Origin: Candidatus Saccharimonadota bacterium
GTDB taxonomy: Bacteria; Pseudomonadota; Gammaproteobacteria; Enterobacterales; Enterobacteriaceae
Assembly: GCF_000185985.2 (NCBI RefSeq)
Contig: NC_014909.2
Coordinates: forward strand, 630,001 to 662,000
Length of the DNA stretch: 32,000 nucleotides
Reading direction: 5' to 3'
Shown: piece after piece, positions 1-13,288 of the stretch
Position numbering within the stretch: the stretch's first letter is position 1
Layout: every line of letters starts with the position of its first letter
Position numbers and translations under genes: made by a program
The notes under the pieces: generated by a model
Database searches by the model: none
The model's input: only the letters and a program-made list of their open reading frames with translations
What the model was told of the DNA's origin: nothing

Positions 1-1229
<1,229 letters not shown>

Positions 1230-1485
1230 TTAAAAATCAACACACCATTCCTCAATTCACTAACTACAGAACGGTAATTAAAAACCATTACTTTATTTTT
1301 AAAATCTTACTGAAACGCATGTGTTCAAGTGTCTACACAAACTCTTCTTCTTAAATTACCTATTCCAATTCTAATACAACCATTAAATATTACTACAAAA
1401 CTTTTTTATTCATCTTCTTTCTATATTAAACTATACGAATCTCTAACTATTACATTAAATTTCATTTAATAATATAGAATATAAG

Positions 1486-1514
1486 TTAGTAACACACTTC
1501 AACAACACTGTCAA
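1486..1514 (-). promoter_or_regulatory. Candidate sigma70 promoter for rrs: TTGACA, 17 nt, TACTAA, preceded by an A/T tract.
   Basis: The minus strand reads TTGACAGTGTTGTTGAAGTGTGTTACTAA. This gives a perfect -35 hexamer (1514..1509) and a weak -10 (1491..1486), about 260 nt upstream of the mature 16S 5' end. That distance is comparable to E. coli rrn P1. Motif-only call in very AT-rich DNA. Confidence 0.3.
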
Positions 1515-1528
1515 CAACATTTTATATA

Positions 1529-1568
1529 AAATTGTTAATTTTTTTTCAAAACCTAAAATTAACAATTT
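1529..1568. repeat. 14-bp perfect inverted repeat (AAATTGTTAATTTT / AAAATTAACAATTT) separated by 12 nt, in the rrs-purH divergent spacer.
   Basis: Read directly: 1529-1542 is the exact reverse complement of 1555-1568. It sits just upstream of the candidate rrs -35 element. Function unknown. Confidence 0.6.
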
Positions 1569-1734
1569 ATTACAAAATAATAAATTATTTTTTATTTAAC
1601 TTATTCATCTATTCTATAGTAGAATATTTCTGAACAAAATTAACAACACAAATATTTTACTACACTAGTAATAATTAGTAGAAATTAACAGCTCAAAATA
1701 CATACTAACACCTAATATACAGGAAATTACAATT

Positions 1735-3417
1735 ATGTCATCGTTATTACCTATTCATCAAGCACTTATTAGTGTATTTAATAAATCTGAATTATTAAAT
1801 TTTTCAAGAGCTCTATTTAAACAAGGAGTATGTTTAATATCTACAGAAGGTACTGCTCATATGTTATCAAATGCCGGAGTTACAACACATCCTGTATCTA
1901 ACTATACTAAATTACCAGAACTTATGAATGGACGAGTTAAAACATTACATCACAAAATATCTGCTGGTATTCTAAATAGAAAAGGAATAGATGACACTAT
2001 CATGCATAAATATAACATCAAACCTATTGATATGATCGTGGTAAACTTTTATCCATTGAATGAAATACTAAAAAAAAATAATAATTACGATTTAGATAAA
2101 ATGTTAAATCATATTGATATTGGAGGACCTAATATGGTAAGAGCAGCTGTAAAAAATTATAAAAATAAAGTTGTGATAATAGACCATAACGATTACAACA
2201 ATATTCTAAGCGAAATGGCTATATACAATGGCTCAATTAGCTTAAAAACCCGATTTATTTTAGCTAAAAAAGCATTTAGGTATATTACTCAATATGATTC
2301 AGCAATACTAGATTATTTTAATAACGATACACTACACAAATATCTCCACCAACCTGTTCTCAACAGCACTCATAAATATATTCATTATTCAAATAAATCC
2401 CCATTCCCTAATACTATGAATTGTATGAATTTAAAATTCATAAAAAAACAAAATATGAGATATGGAGAAAATCCACATCAACGCGCCGCGTTATATCAAG
2501 AAGCACAATATGCTCAACAAAAAATGATTGGTACTGTGATTACTTCAAAACAACTTCAAGGAAAACCATTATCCTATAATAATATTACAGACATAGATAC
2601 CGCTTTAGAGTGCGTAAAACTATTTACTCAACCAACTTGCGTAATCGTCAAACACACAAATCCATGCGGTGTTGCAACAGCTCATACTATTAATGATGCT
2701 TATCATAAAGCTTATCAAGCTGATCCTATATCCGCATTCGGAGGAATTATTGCTTTTAATCAACCTTTGAAAGATGAAAAAACCGCTCAATCTATCATTA
2801 ATCAACACTTTATAGAAGCAATTATCGCTCCAGATATTAATCAAAACTGCCTTCAAATTCTATCTAAAAAACAAAACATACGAGTACTAAAATCAGGTAT
2901 GTGGCAAAATCCCAATACTTCATCACTTAATATTACAAATAATAACAATATAGATTTTAAAAAAATTTCAGGAGGATTATTAGTACAGGATTACAATCAA
3001 AATTGTATTAACGATTTACAAAATTTAGAAATAGTTACCACTACTCATCCCACTGATCAAGAAATGCAAGATTTATTATTTTGCTGGAAAATAGTGAAAT
3101 TTGTTAAATCTAACGCCATAGTTTGTGGAAAAAATTATCAAACAACTGGGATCGGAACAGGTCAAATGAATAGAGTATTTGCTGTAAAGATAGCTACTGA
3201 TTTACAACCAAGGCATTCTTCTATAAATGTAAAAGGGTCTGTTTTAGCTTCTGACGCATTTTTTCCATTCACAGATGGAATTCACGTAGCTGCCCAAATG
3301 GGAATCCGGGGTATTATACAACCAGGAGGATCTATTAAAGATAAAGAAATAATAAACACTGCCAACAATTATAAAATTGCTATGATTTTCACTCATGTCA
3401 GACATTTTAGACACTAA
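1735..3417 (+). CDS. purH: Bifunctional AICAR transformylase / IMP cyclohydrolase.
   Basis: 560-aa ORF collinear with E. coli PurH (529 aa). Shared blocks: GRVKTLH, DIGGP.MVR, MRYGENPHQ, LSYNNI.D.D, VKHTNPCG, SAFGGIIA, GGLLVQD, KFVKSNAIV, GIG.GQM.RV, ASDAFFPF, IQPGGSI.D, and ending HFRH. AGGA lies ~10 nt upstream of the ATG. Confidence 0.95.
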   Translation: MSSLLPIHQALISVFNKSELLNFSRALFKQGVCLISTEGTAHMLSNAGVTTHPVSNYTKLPELMNGRVKTLHHKISAGILNRKGIDDTIMHKYNIKPIDMIVVNFYPLNEILKKNNNYDLDKMLNHIDIGGPNMVRAAVKNYKNKVVIIDHNDYNNILSEMAIYNGSISLKTRFILAKKAFRYITQYDSAILDYFNNDTLHKYLHQPVLNSTHKYIHYSNKSPFPNTMNCMNLKFIKKQNMRYGENPHQRAALYQEAQYAQQKMIGTVITSKQLQGKPLSYNNITDIDTALECVKLFTQPTCVIVKHTNPCGVATAHTINDAYHKAYQADPISAFGGIIAFNQPLKDEKTAQSIINQHFIEAIIAPDINQNCLQILSKKQNIRVLKSGMWQNPNTSSLNITNNNNIDFKKISGGLLVQDYNQNCINDLQNLEIVTTTHPTDQEMQDLLFCWKIVKFVKSNAIVCGKNYQTTGIGTGQMNRVFAVKIATDLQPRHSSINVKGSVLASDAFFPFTDGIHVAAQMGIRGIIQPGGSIKDKEIINTANNYKIAMIFTHVRHFRH

Positions 3418-3699
3418 ATATGTATTCATAATTTCAAATCTACCTTTTTTTACAATACAGCCTGATTTCAACTAAATCACTACTACATAAATGAAAAATA
3501 CTCTGGTTCACTTAAGCTGATATTGAAATACTATAAATCTTCCATTTTAATCTAAAATAAATTATAATGTTTCATTTTTTTTTAACATCCCCCCAAATTA
3601 AAATTTTCCTCTACATTTCTGTATATACTTTATTTTTAATTTATTTCAATATTTTTAAAAATAAAAATAATCATCCTATTACACACAGACTAACTAAAT

Positions 3700-6600
3700 T
3701 TAAGTTGTTGCATTCAATAATTCAGTCAGATTTGCTGATGCTTCATCTGCCGTTACTGAAATACTTTCAGGTTTAATTGTCTTTGTTATATTACCATCCT
3801 CAGTATATTTTTTAGTAACATAATTCTTTAAAATACGTTCTTGATGGTAAGAATATCCAGTTCCAGCTGGAATTAAACGCCCAACAATTACATTTTCTTT
3901 TAATCCTCTTAATTCATCTCTTTTCCCTGCCACAGAAGATTCTGTTAATACTCGAGTTGTTTCTTGAAAAGATGCAGCAGATATAAATGATTCTGTAGCT
4001 AAAGATGCCTTAGTAATCCCCAACAAAATACGTACAGAATCTACCTTTATCTTCCCCTCTCCTTCTAATCTTCTATTAGCAATTTTAATACGTGAATACT
4101 CTACTTGTTCTCCTGTTAAAAAATCTGAATTACCAGGATTAGTAACTATAGCCTTTCTCAACATTTGCCTGATAATTACTTCTATATGCTTATCGTTAAT
4201 TCTTACTCCTTGTAACCGATAAACTTCTTGAACCTCATTCACAATATAACTTGTAACAGCATGTATACCTCTTAATCGTAAAATATCATGAGGAGATTCT
4301 GGCCCATCAGAAATTACATCCCCTCTATCAACATACTCTCCTTCAAAAACATTCAGATGACGCCATTTAGGAATCATTTCTTCATAAGCATCTCCATCTG
4401 CAGATGAAATCATTAACCGACGTTTTCCTTTCGTTTCCCTTCCAAAAGAAATTACTCCACTAACTTCTGCTAAAATAGCCGAATCCTTTGGCCGACGCGC
4501 TTCAAAAAGATCAGCAACTCGAGGCAATCCACCAGTAATATCTCTAGTTCCGCTAGTTTCATGCGGTAATCTAGCCAATACATCTCCAGATATAATTCTG
4601 GATCCATCAACTAACTGTACTACACTTCTTCCAGGTAAAAAATATTGCGCTGAAATATCTGTTCCTGTAATAAGAATATCATACCCATTAATATCCACTA
4701 TTTTTATAGCAGGTCTTAAATCTTTAGCACTACTTACTCGTTCAGATGTATCTAACACTACAATAGAAGTCAAACCAGTAAGCTCATCAGTTTGATTAAC
4801 AACACTTTGACCATCTAACATATCAATAAATTTAACAAATCCACTTACCTCTGCAATTACTGGCATAGTATGAGGATCCCAATAAGCTACTACTTCTCCG
4901 CTAATTACTAGCTCTCCATCTTGTTTTATTACCGTAGATCCATACGGAATCTTATAACTTTCTTTAGTTCTATCAAACTTATCTACAACATTTAATTCAG
5001 CATGCCTGGAAGTGATAATCAATTTACCTTGAGTATTTAAAACAAACTTAACATGCTTTAATCTAATAGTTCCTTTATGTTTAACTTGAATACTCGATTC
5101 CGATGCTACTCGAGAAGCCGCTCCACCAATGTGAAAGGTACGCATAGTCAGCTGAGTTCCTGGCTCTCCTATAGACTGAGCAGCTATAACCCCTATAGCT
5201 TCACCTTTATTAACTAATTGTCCTCTTGCTAAATCTCGACCATAACAACTTGCGCATACTCCAAAATCGGCATCACATGTCACAACAGACCGCACTTTCA
5301 CTATATCAATAGAATGTTGATCTAGGACATCACACCAAAATTCATCTAATAAAGTATTTCGGGTAATTAAAACTTTATTATTATCATTCGATTCAAATAC
5401 ATTATCTAATAATACCCTACCTAAAACACGCTCTCTTAAAGATTCTTTTACATCCCCTCCCTCAATTATAGAACTCATAGTAATTCCAGAAAAAGTATTA
5501 CAATCATCCTGAGTCACTACTAAATCTTGAGCAACATCTACCAACCGACGAGTTAAATAACCAGAATTTGCAGTTTTTAAAGCCGTATCAGCTAACCCTT
5601 TTCTCGCCCCATGTGTAGAAATGAAATACTGTAACACATTTAATCCTTCTCGAAAGTTCGCAGTAATAGGAGTTTCGATAATTGAACCATCCGGCTTAGC
5701 CATTAATCCCCTCATTCCCGCAAGCTGTCTAATTTGAGCTGCTGACCCTCTTGCTCCAGAATCAGCCATCATAAAAATATTATTAAAAGACGCTTGCGTT
5801 TCTTTTATCCCATCACTATTTATCACGGTTTCAGTTGCCAAATTATCCATCATAGCTTTAGACACTTGTTCATTAGCCGAAGCCCAAATATCAATCACTT
5901 TATTATACCGTTCCCCAGCAGTAACTAACCCTGTTTGAAATTGGTCTTGAATTTCTGACACTTCAGATTCTGCTGCTTCAACTATATCAACTTTCTTAAC
6001 AGGGATAATCATATCATCAATTCCTACAGACGCTCCAGAACGAGCAGCATATAAAAATCCAGTATACATAATTTGATCAGCAAAAGTTACGGTTGATTTT
6101 AACCCTAAAACTCGATAGCAATGATTTAACAAAATAGATATAGATTTCTTCCCTAATACCTGGTTAACTAAAGAAAAAGGTAAACCTTTTGGAACTATCA
6201 TCCAAAAAATAGATCGTCCTATGGTGCTATCAACCACACTTGTTTTACTTACCCAAATTCCATGTTCTTGTAAATCATATTCAGTAATACGAATTTTAAT
6301 TTTAGCGTGTAATTCTGCTATTCCTAAACTATATAACCGTTCTGCCTCTTTTTCACTAGATAGCACCATTCCTTCTCCTTTAGCATTAATACGCTCTCTT
6401 GTCATGTAATACAAACCTAACACCACATCTTGAGATGGAACAATAATAGGTTCACCATTAGCCGGAGATAAAATATTATTAGTAGACATCATTAAAGCTC
6501 TAGCTTCTAATTGCGCCTCTAAGGTCAACGGCACATGTACTGCCATCTGATCTCCATCAAAATCTGCATTATAAGCTGCGCAAACTAATGGATGTAATTG

Positions 6601-7950
6601 AATAGCCTTTCCTTCTATTAAAATTGGTTCAAATGCTTGAATACCTAACCTATGTAATGTAGGAGCCCTGTTTAACATAATAGGATGCTCTCTAATTACA
6701 TCTTCAAGAATATCCCATACTACCGATTCTTCTCTATCTACCATTTTTTTTGCAGATTTTATAGTACTAGCTAATCCTTTTGATTCCAATTGTCCATAAA
6801 TAAACGGTTTAAATAATTCTAAAGCCATTTTTTTAGGTAATCCACATTGATGCAATTTTAAATATGGACCAACAGTAATCACTGATCTTCCAGAATAATC
6901 AACACGTTTACCTAATAAATTTTGACGAAAACGACCTTGCTTTCCTTTAATCATATCTGCCAAAGATTTTAAAGGCCGTTTATTTGCCCCAGTAATAGCT
7001 CTTCCTCTACGTCCATTATCTAACAAGGCATCAACTGCTTCCTGTAACATTCGTTTTTCATTACGCACTATAATTTCTGGAGCAGATAAATCTAATAAAC
7101 GTTTTAATCGATTATTACGATTAATCACTCTTCGATATAAATCATTCAAATCAGAAGTAGCAAAACGTCCACCATCCAATGGAACTAATGGTCTCAAATC
7201 AGGAGGAAGAACTGGTAATACACTCAATACCATCCATTCTGGTTTGTTATCAGAATATAAAAATGACTCAATTAACTTTATCCGTTTAGATATTTTTTTT
7301 CTCTTAGTTTCTGAATTATTATCTGCTAATAATTCTCTTAAATATTCACATTCATTTTTTAAATTTATATTTTTTAATAAAATTTGAATTGCTTCCGCCC
7401 CCATTTTAGCCTCAAATTCATCACCAAATTCTTCTAAAGCATCCAAATATTCTTCTTCAGTTAAAACTTGACGACATTCAAGACTAGTCATTCCTCCTTC
7501 AACGACTACATATGATTCAAAATATAAAACACGTTCAATATCACGTAATGGCATATCTAATAATAAACCTATACGAGAAGGTAGTGATTTTAAAAACCAA
7601 ATATGTGCAGTGGGTGATGCTAATTCTATATGACCCATACGTTCTCGACGAACTTTACTTTGAGTCACTTCTACTCCACATTTTTCACAAATCACTCCCC
7701 GATGTTTTAAACGTTTATATTTACCACACAAACATTCATAATCTTTAATAGGACCAAAAATACGAGCACAGAACAAACCATCCCGTTCAGGCTTAAAGGT
7801 TCTATAATTAATAGTTTCTGGTTTCTTCACCTCTCCAAATGACCACGATCTAATCATGTCTGGAGAAGCGAGTTCAATCTTAATCGCATTAAATTCTTCT
7901 ATTTTATTGCTATTATGTATCTTATTGAAAAAACCAAATAAATCTTTCAC
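3700..7950 (-). CDS. rpoC: DNA-directed RNA polymerase subunit beta'.
   Basis: Near-identity with E. coli RpoC over long runs ([12 protein letters not shown], Zn-finger [23 protein letters not shown]). The longest ORF starts at ATG 7980. The E. coli N-terminus (MKDLLKF...) aligns to the GTG at 7950 (V-KDLFGFF), which is preceded by AAGGGA 6 nt upstream. E. coli rpoC also uses GTG. Confidence 0.96.
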   Translation of the reverse strand: MKDLFGFFNKIHNSNKIEEFNAIKIELASPDMIRSWSFGEVKKPETINYRTFKPERDGLFCARIFGPIKDYECLCGKYKRLKHRGVICEKCGVEVTQSKVRRERMGHIELASPTAHIWFLKSLPSRIGLLLDMPLRDIERVLYFESYVVVEGGMTSLECRQVLTEEEYLDALEEFGDEFEAKMGAEAIQILLKNINLKNECEYLRELLADNNSETKRKKISKRIKLIESFLYSDNKPEWMVLSVLPVLPPDLRPLVPLDGGRFATSDLNDLYRRVINRNNRLKRLLDLSAPEIIVRNEKRMLQEAVDALLDNGRRGRAITGANKRPLKSLADMIKGKQGRFRQNLLGKRVDYSGRSVITVGPYLKLHQCGLPKKMALELFKPFIYGQLESKGLASTIKSAKKMVDREESVVWDILEDVIREHPIMLNRAPTLHRLGIQAFEPILIEGKAIQLHPLVCAAYNADFDGDQMAVHVPLTLEAQLEARALMMSTNNILSPANGEPIIVPSQDVVLGLYYMTRERINAKGEGMVLSSEKEAERLYSLGIAELHAKIKIRITEYDLQEHGIWVSKTSVVDSTIGRSIFWMIVPKGLPFSLVNQVLGKKSISILLNHCYRVLGLKSTVTFADQIMYTGFLYAARSGASVGIDDMIIPVKKVDIVEAAESEVSEIQDQFQTGLVTAGERYNKVIDIWASANEQVSKAMMDNLATETVINSDGIKETQASFNNIFMMADSGARGSAAQIRQLAGMRGLMAKPDGSIIETPITANFREGLNVLQYFISTHGARKGLADTALKTANSGYLTRRLVDVAQDLVVTQDDCNTFSGITMSSIIEGGDVKESLRERVLGRVLLDNVFESNDNNKVLITRNTLLDEFWCDVLDQHSIDIVKVRSVVTCDADFGVCASCYGRDLARGQLVNKGEAIGVIAAQSIGEPGTQLTMRTFHIGGAASRVASESSIQVKHKGTIRLKHVKFVLNTQGKLIITSRHAELNVVDKFDRTKESYKIPYGSTVIKQDGELVISGEVVAYWDPHTMPVIAEVSGFVKFIDMLDGQSVVNQTDELTGLTSIVVLDTSERVSSAKDLRPAIKIVDINGYDILITGTDISAQYFLPGRSVVQLVDGSRIISGDVLARLPHETSGTRDITGGLPRVADLFEARRPKDSAILAEVSGVISFGRETKGKRRLMISSADGDAYEEMIPKWRHLNVFEGEYVDRGDVISDGPESPHDILRLRGIHAVTSYIVNEVQEVYRLQGVRINDKHIEVIIRQMLRKAIVTNPGNSDFLTGEQVEYSRIKIANRRLEGEGKIKVDSVRILLGITKASLATESFISAASFQETTRVLTESSVAGKRDELRGLKENVIVGRLIPAGTGYSYHQERILKNYVTKKYTEDGNITKTIKPESISVTADEASANLTELLNATT

Positions 7951-8064
7951 AAACGATCCCTTATCTCGAAACCACCCCATCCTTACTGTATATATACTAC
8001 AGTAAGATATATAATTTATTTAATATACAATAAATATATGATGCATATCAACATACATTTAGAT

Positions 8065-11000
8065 CTATTCTTCCAACTCAATATTAATTGCCAAAGAACG
8101 AATCTCTTTCAACAAAACATTAAAAGATTCGGGCATTCCCGGTTCCATTGAATGATTACCATCTATAATATTTTTATACATTTTAGTTCTACCATTTACA
8201 TCATCTGATTTTACTGTTAACATTTCCTGTAAGGTATATGAAGCCCCATAAGCTTCTAATGCCCAAACTTCCATCTCTCCAAAACGTTGGCCTCCAAATT
8301 GAGCTTTTCCTCCTAATGGCTGTTGAGTTACTAAACTATAAGACCCAGTAGAACGAGCATGCATTTTATCATCTACTAAATGATTTAATTTTAGCATATA
8401 CATGTAACCTACAGTCACTTGTCTTTCAAATACTTCTCCAGTACATCCATCAAACAACGTAATCTGACCAGATTCTGGTAATCCAGATAATTTCAATAAA
8501 TCTTTTATTTCTTGTTCTGTAGCGCCATCAAAAACTGGAGTAGCAATAGGCATACCTTTCTTCAAATTTTTGGCTAATTCCAGAATCTCTACATCTGAAA
8601 AATTATCAAGATTAACATTCTGCCTCAACCCTTTACCTAAATCATAAGCCTTTTGAATAAATTCTCTTAGTCGATAAACTTCTTTATGTTGTTGTAATAA
8701 ATAATTAATTTTATCGCCTATACCTTTTGCTGCCATTCCTAAATGAGTTTCCAAAATTTGACCAATATTCATCCTAGATGGAACTCCAAGAGGATTTAAT
8801 ACTATATCAACCGGAACTCCGTATTCATCATACGGCATATCTTCTACAGGATTAATTTTAGAAATAACCCCTTTATTGCCATGACGCCCTGCCATTTTAT
8901 CCCCAGGTTGTATATGACGCTTTACCGCTAAATATACTTTGACTACTTTTAATATCCCTGGAGCTAATTCATCTCCTTGAGTGACTTTTTGATACTGAGC
9001 CTCAATTTTTTTTTCAAACAAACTCTTCAAATCTAAATATTGATTATATAACTGAAACAATTGATTGCGATTTACTAAATCATTCAATTCCAATTTTAAC
9101 CAAAACCTACGTTCCATTTTTAATAATCGTTCTTCCTCTACTTCACCGCTATTAAGTAATAACTCATAAACACGATCAAATAAAGCAGACTCAAATATCT
9201 TAAACTCTTCTTCTAAATCCTTTTTAACTTGATTCAATTTCATTGATTCAATTTGTAAAGCACGTTTATCTTTATTCACTCCATCTCTAGTAAATATCTG
9301 TACATCAATAACCGTACCACATACTCCATTAGGAACTCGTAAAGACGAATCTTTAACATCAGAAGCTTTTTCTCCAAAAATAGCACGTAGTAACTTTTCT
9401 TCTGGTGTTAATTGTGTTTCTCCTTTAGGAGTAATCTTGCCTACTAAAATTTCTCCCCCTATCACTTCTGCTCCTATATATACAATACCAGACTCATCCA
9501 ATTTAGACAAAGCTGTTTCCCCCACATTAGGAATATCAGCTGTAATCTCCTCAGAGCCTAATTTCGTATCCCTAGATATACAAATTAATTCTTGAATATG
9601 TATACTGGTAAATCTGTCTTCTTGCACAACCCTCTCTGAAACTAACATAGAATCTTCAAAATTATATCCGTTCCAAGGCATGAAGGCTATACGCATATTC
9701 TGCCCTAATGATAATTCTCCTAAATCAGTAGATGGACCATCCGCTATCACATCTCCAATACTAACTCTTTCTCCTAAAGAAACACAAGGTCTTTGATTAA
9801 TGCAAGTATTTTGATTAGACCTAATATATTTTGTTAAACTATAAATATCAATGCCTGATTCTTCAGAATTTAATTCACCTAAATTAACATGTATTATAAT
9901 CCTAGATGAATCCACATATTTTACAACACCTCCACGATTAGCTACTACAGTGACTCCAGAATCTACCGCTACAGCACGTTCCATACCAGTGCCAACTAAA
10001 GGTTTCTCACTTCTAATCAAAGGAACAGCTTGACGTTGCATATTTGCTCCCATCAAAGCTCTATTTGCATCATCATGTTCAAGAAAAGGAATTAACGAAG
10101 CAGCAACTGACACTATTTGTTGCGTAGAAACATCCATATAATCGATTTGATCTTTTCTAAATAATCCTGATTCTCCTTTATTACGACAAATAATAAAATC
10201 ATCAATAAATTGACCTTGAAAATTAAGATTAGTATTTGCTTGAGCAATAATAAAATCACCTTCTTCAATTGCAGATAAATAATGAATATTATTACCAACC
10301 ACTCCATTATTTACTTTACGATAAGGAGTTTCTAAAAAACCATATTCATTAGCTCTAGCATACACAGATAAAGAATTAATCAAACCTATATTCGGTCCTT
10401 CTGGAGTTTCAATAGGACACACTCTTCCGTAATGGGTAGGATGCACATCACGTACTTCAAATCCAGCTCGTTCTCGAGTTAATCCTCCAGGACCTAATGC
10501 AGAAATACGTCGCTTATGTGTAATTTCAGATAATGGATTATTTTGATCCATAAATTGAGATAATTGACTAGAATTAAAAAATTCTCTAACTGCTGCAGAA
10601 ATTGGCTTAGCATTAATTAAATCCTGAGGTGATAACATATGTACATCTCCTAAAGATAATCTTTCTTTTACTGCTCGTTCTACCCGTACTAACCCAATTC
10701 TAAATTGATTTTCTGCCATTTCTCCAACAGATCGTATTCTTCTATTTCCTAAATGATCAATATCATCCACGTCCCCTTTTCCATTTCTAATATCAATTAA
10801 TTTTTTTATTACATCAACAATATCTTTCTTTGTTAAAACACCCAAACCTTCAATACTGTTACGTTGTAATGAACGATTAAACTTCATCCGACCAACATTA
10901 GACAAATCATAACGTTCTTCTGAAAAAAATAAACTAGAAAACAAATATTCAGCCGCATCTTTAGTAGGAGGCTCACCAGGACGCATAACTCGATAAATTT

Positions 11001-12102
11001 CTACTAATGCATCAAATCGAGTAATAGTAGTATCAATACGTAAAGTTTCAGAAATATAATTTCCACAATCTAAATCGTTGCTAAATAAAACTTCAATGAA
11101 ATTAAACCCCGATTTTATTAAGTTGTTCAATATTTCATAAGAAATTTCTGTATTGGCAGACACTATTAATGCCCCAGTACTACTATTAATATAATCTTTT
11201 ATAAGCACCTTACCTAATAAATACTCAACAGGAATCTCAATTTTTGAAATATTATCAAATTTTAATTTATTAATATGCTGAGTCGTAATACGACGTCCTT
11301 TGTCTACGTATACTGTATCATTTACTCTAACTTCAAACAATGCTGTTTCACCCCGCAACCTATCAGGTATTAAATGCATATACCATCTATTTCCAACAAC
11401 TTCATATACTACTACATCAAAAAATATATTTAAAATCTGATCATTAGTATAACTTAATGCTTTTAAAAGCACCGTCACTGGTAATTTACGTCTACGATCA
11501 ATTCTAACAAATAAATTATCTTTTAAATCAAACTCAAAATCTAACCAAGATCCTCTATACGGAATAATACGAGCAGTATATAATACCTTTCCAGATGAAT
11601 GAGTTTTACCTTTGTCACTATCAAAAAATACACCTGGGCTTCTATGTAATTGAGATACAACAACGCGCTCGATTCCATTAATAATAAAAGTACCATTATT
11701 AGTCATTAATGGGATTTCTCCCATATACACTTCTTGTTCCTGAATTTTTTTTGCTATGACGTTACACGACCCTGATCCATCTTTTTCATAAACAACTAAA
11801 CATAACTGCACTCGCAATGAAGCAGAAAAAGTAACTCCACGAGCTTGACATTCTTTTACATCAAATACAGGTTCGCCCAATGTATAATCAATGTACTGTA
11901 ATTCAGAATTACCATTATAACTCTTAATAGGAAAAACAGACTTAAATGCAGCATCTAATCCATACTGACCATTTAAATCTTTATTAATAAATTTTTCAAA
12001 AGAATCTAATTGAATAGAAAGTAGATATGGAATATCTAAAACTTTAGGTCTTTTTCCAAAATCTTTACGAACCCTTTTTTTTTCGGTATAAGAATACACC
12101 AT
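8065..12102 (-). CDS. rpoB: DNA-directed RNA polymerase subunit beta.
   Basis: 1345-aa ORF starting [18 protein letters not shown] as in E. coli RpoB (1342 aa). The rifampicin cluster [30 protein letters not shown] is intact, and the ORF ends NIELE.E. Confidence 0.98.
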   Translation of the reverse strand: MVYSYTEKKRVRKDFGKRPKVLDIPYLLSIQLDSFEKFINKDLNGQYGLDAAFKSVFPIKSYNGNSELQYIDYTLGEPVFDVKECQARGVTFSASLRVQLCLVVYEKDGSGSCNVIAKKIQEQEVYMGEIPLMTNNGTFIINGIERVVVSQLHRSPGVFFDSDKGKTHSSGKVLYTARIIPYRGSWLDFEFDLKDNLFVRIDRRRKLPVTVLLKALSYTNDQILNIFFDVVVYEVVGNRWYMHLIPDRLRGETALFEVRVNDTVYVDKGRRITTQHINKLKFDNISKIEIPVEYLLGKVLIKDYINSSTGALIVSANTEISYEILNNLIKSGFNFIEVLFSNDLDCGNYISETLRIDTTITRFDALVEIYRVMRPGEPPTKDAAEYLFSSLFFSEERYDLSNVGRMKFNRSLQRNSIEGLGVLTKKDIVDVIKKLIDIRNGKGDVDDIDHLGNRRIRSVGEMAENQFRIGLVRVERAVKERLSLGDVHMLSPQDLINAKPISAAVREFFNSSQLSQFMDQNNPLSEITHKRRISALGPGGLTRERAGFEVRDVHPTHYGRVCPIETPEGPNIGLINSLSVYARANEYGFLETPYRKVNNGVVGNNIHYLSAIEEGDFIIAQANTNLNFQGQFIDDFIICRNKGESGLFRKDQIDYMDVSTQQIVSVAASLIPFLEHDDANRALMGANMQRQAVPLIRSEKPLVGTGMERAVAVDSGVTVVANRGGVVKYVDSSRIIIHVNLGELNSEESGIDIYSLTKYIRSNQNTCINQRPCVSLGERVSIGDVIADGPSTDLGELSLGQNMRIAFMPWNGYNFEDSMLVSERVVQEDRFTSIHIQELICISRDTKLGSEEITADIPNVGETALSKLDESGIVYIGAEVIGGEILVGKITPKGETQLTPEEKLLRAIFGEKASDVKDSSLRVPNGVCGTVIDVQIFTRDGVNKDKRALQIESMKLNQVKKDLEEEFKIFESALFDRVYELLLNSGEVEEERLLKMERRFWLKLELNDLVNRNQLFQLYNQYLDLKSLFEKKIEAQYQKVTQGDELAPGILKVVKVYLAVKRHIQPGDKMAGRHGNKGVISKINPVEDMPYDEYGVPVDIVLNPLGVPSRMNIGQILETHLGMAAKGIGDKINYLLQQHKEVYRLREFIQKAYDLGKGLRQNVNLDNFSDVEILELAKNLKKGMPIATPVFDGATEQEIKDLLKLSGLPESGQITLFDGCTGEVFERQVTVGYMYMLKLNHLVDDKMHARSTGSYSLVTQQPLGGKAQFGGQRFGEMEVWALEAYGASYTLQEMLTVKSDDVNGRTKMYKNIIDGNHSMEPGMPESFNVLLKEIRSLAINIELEE

Positions 12103-12309
12103 ATGTTCCTCAATTAATAAAAGTTACTACTATTACAATTACTTATAAAAATTAAAATACAAAATTAATTTAAATTAAAATACAACAATCTTTTTTTACA
12201 TAACAAAAAACATAAATTAATTTTTTATTCTTATGTAAAATTAATTAAATTTTAATTATAAGTAACCTGTTTTATTTAAAACATTAAATACCTCAAAACA
12301 AATATACAA

Positions 12310-12690
12310 TCACTTAATTTCAATTTTTGCACCAATTTCCTCTAACTGTTTCTTTAAATCTTCTGCATCAGTTTTACTCATTGATTCTTTTAATGTTACT
12401 GGTGCAGATTCTACTAATTCTTTAGATTCTTTCAAACCCAATCCAGTAATACTACGTACCATTTTAATAACAGGAATTTTATTATTTCCAACAACACTTA
12501 AAATCACAGTAAACTCAGTTTGTTCTGGCTCTGTTGGTTGTGATGATTCCGTTATTTTAGTTTCATTATTAGTTATGAATGGACCAGAAACAACCCCAAA
12601 TTTCTTTTCTATCATAGAAACTAACTGCATTATATCCATAACAGACATTTCTGAAATACCATCTAAAATTTCTTCTTTTTTAAGAGACAT
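12310..12690 (-). CDS. rplL: 50S ribosomal protein L7/L12.
   Basis: Homology to E. coli L7/L12 starts at [20 protein letters not shown] (ATG at 12690, AGGA 6 nt upstream). C-terminus: GLGLKE.K.LVESAP...K. The 15 extra N-terminal codons of the 141-aa ORF are a hydrophobic AT-rich read-through with no homology. Confidence 0.93.
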   Translation of the reverse strand: MSLKKEEILDGISEMSVMDIMQLVSMIEKKFGVVSGPFITNNETKITESSQPTEPEQTEFTVILSVVGNNKIPVIKMVRSITGLGLKESKELVESAPVTLKESMSKTDAEDLKKQLEEIGAKIEIK

Positions 12691-12787
12691 AAATATTCCT
12701 AATATAAAAATACAAAATAAAAATAAAAAAAACATAGTAAATAAGTATTATTTATCATATTTACATATGATTAATACTGATATTTAA

Positions 12788-13288
12788 TTATGACTTTAAT
12801 TTTTTTTGACTAGATAATCTTTTTAAGATATTAATCAAATTTCCTATACTAATTCTTCTTAAAATTAATATTAATCGTAATAAAGAATCTTTATGATCAG
12901 GTAAATTAGATAATAAATCAATCTGCTCTGAACCTATAAAATTACCTTCAAAAGCCGCTCCTGCTATTTTAAAACATTCCCTCTCTTTAAAAAATTTTAC
13001 TAAAATATGACCAGCATCTCTTGGATGTTTAGTAGAAAAAGCCACAACATTACTCCCCACAAAAACCTTAGATAAACATTCAAAAGATGTATCGACAACA
13101 GCTTTCTTTAATAAGGAATTAGGAACAACTTTTATATACACCCCTAAATCCCGAGATTCTTTTCTTAATTCATTCATAATACAGGCCGTTACTCCATGAA
13201 GAGATGCCACTACCACAGACAAAGCAGATTTAAAATTTTCTTTAATTCTATATACAATTTCCTCTTTTTTTTTCATACTTAAAACCAT
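12788..13288 (-). CDS. rplJ: 50S ribosomal protein L10.
   Basis: 166 aa, collinear with E. coli L10 (165 aa). Shared blocks: ALS.VVA...GVT...M.ELRK..R..GVY..VV.N.LL..AV, FECL, AAFEG. Confidence 0.93.
   Translation of the reverse strand: MVLSMKKKEEIVYRIKENFKSALSVVVASLHGVTACIMNELRKESRDLGVYIKVVPNSLLKKAVVDTSFECLSKVFVGSNVVAFSTKHPRDAGHILVKFFKERECFKIAGAAFEGNFIGSEQIDLLSNLPDHKDSLLRLILILRRISIGNLINILKRLSSQKKLKS

Noticed and set aside
3567-3776. ORF 3567-3776 (+, 69 aa, MFHFFLTSPQIKIFLYISVY...) in the purH-rpoC spacer.
   Set aside because: It has no Shine-Dalgarno and an F/I/L/Y/N-rich composition, as expected from translating AT-rich DNA. Its last 77 nt overlap the conserved 3' end of rpoC on the other strand.
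12194-12210. 17-nt exact repeat TTTTACATAACAAAAAA at 12194-12210 and 29084-29100.
   Set aside because: A back-of-envelope expectation for a 17-mer match between two sites in 32 kb of this AT-biased composition is of order one. The flanks do not extend the match and the contexts are unrelated.
12575-12787. ORF 12575-12787 (+, 70 aa) and ORF 15380-15577 (+, 65 aa).
   Set aside because: These are antisense to rplL plus its upstream region, and to the nusG/secE junction. There are no motifs and no RBS, so they are shadow ORFs.
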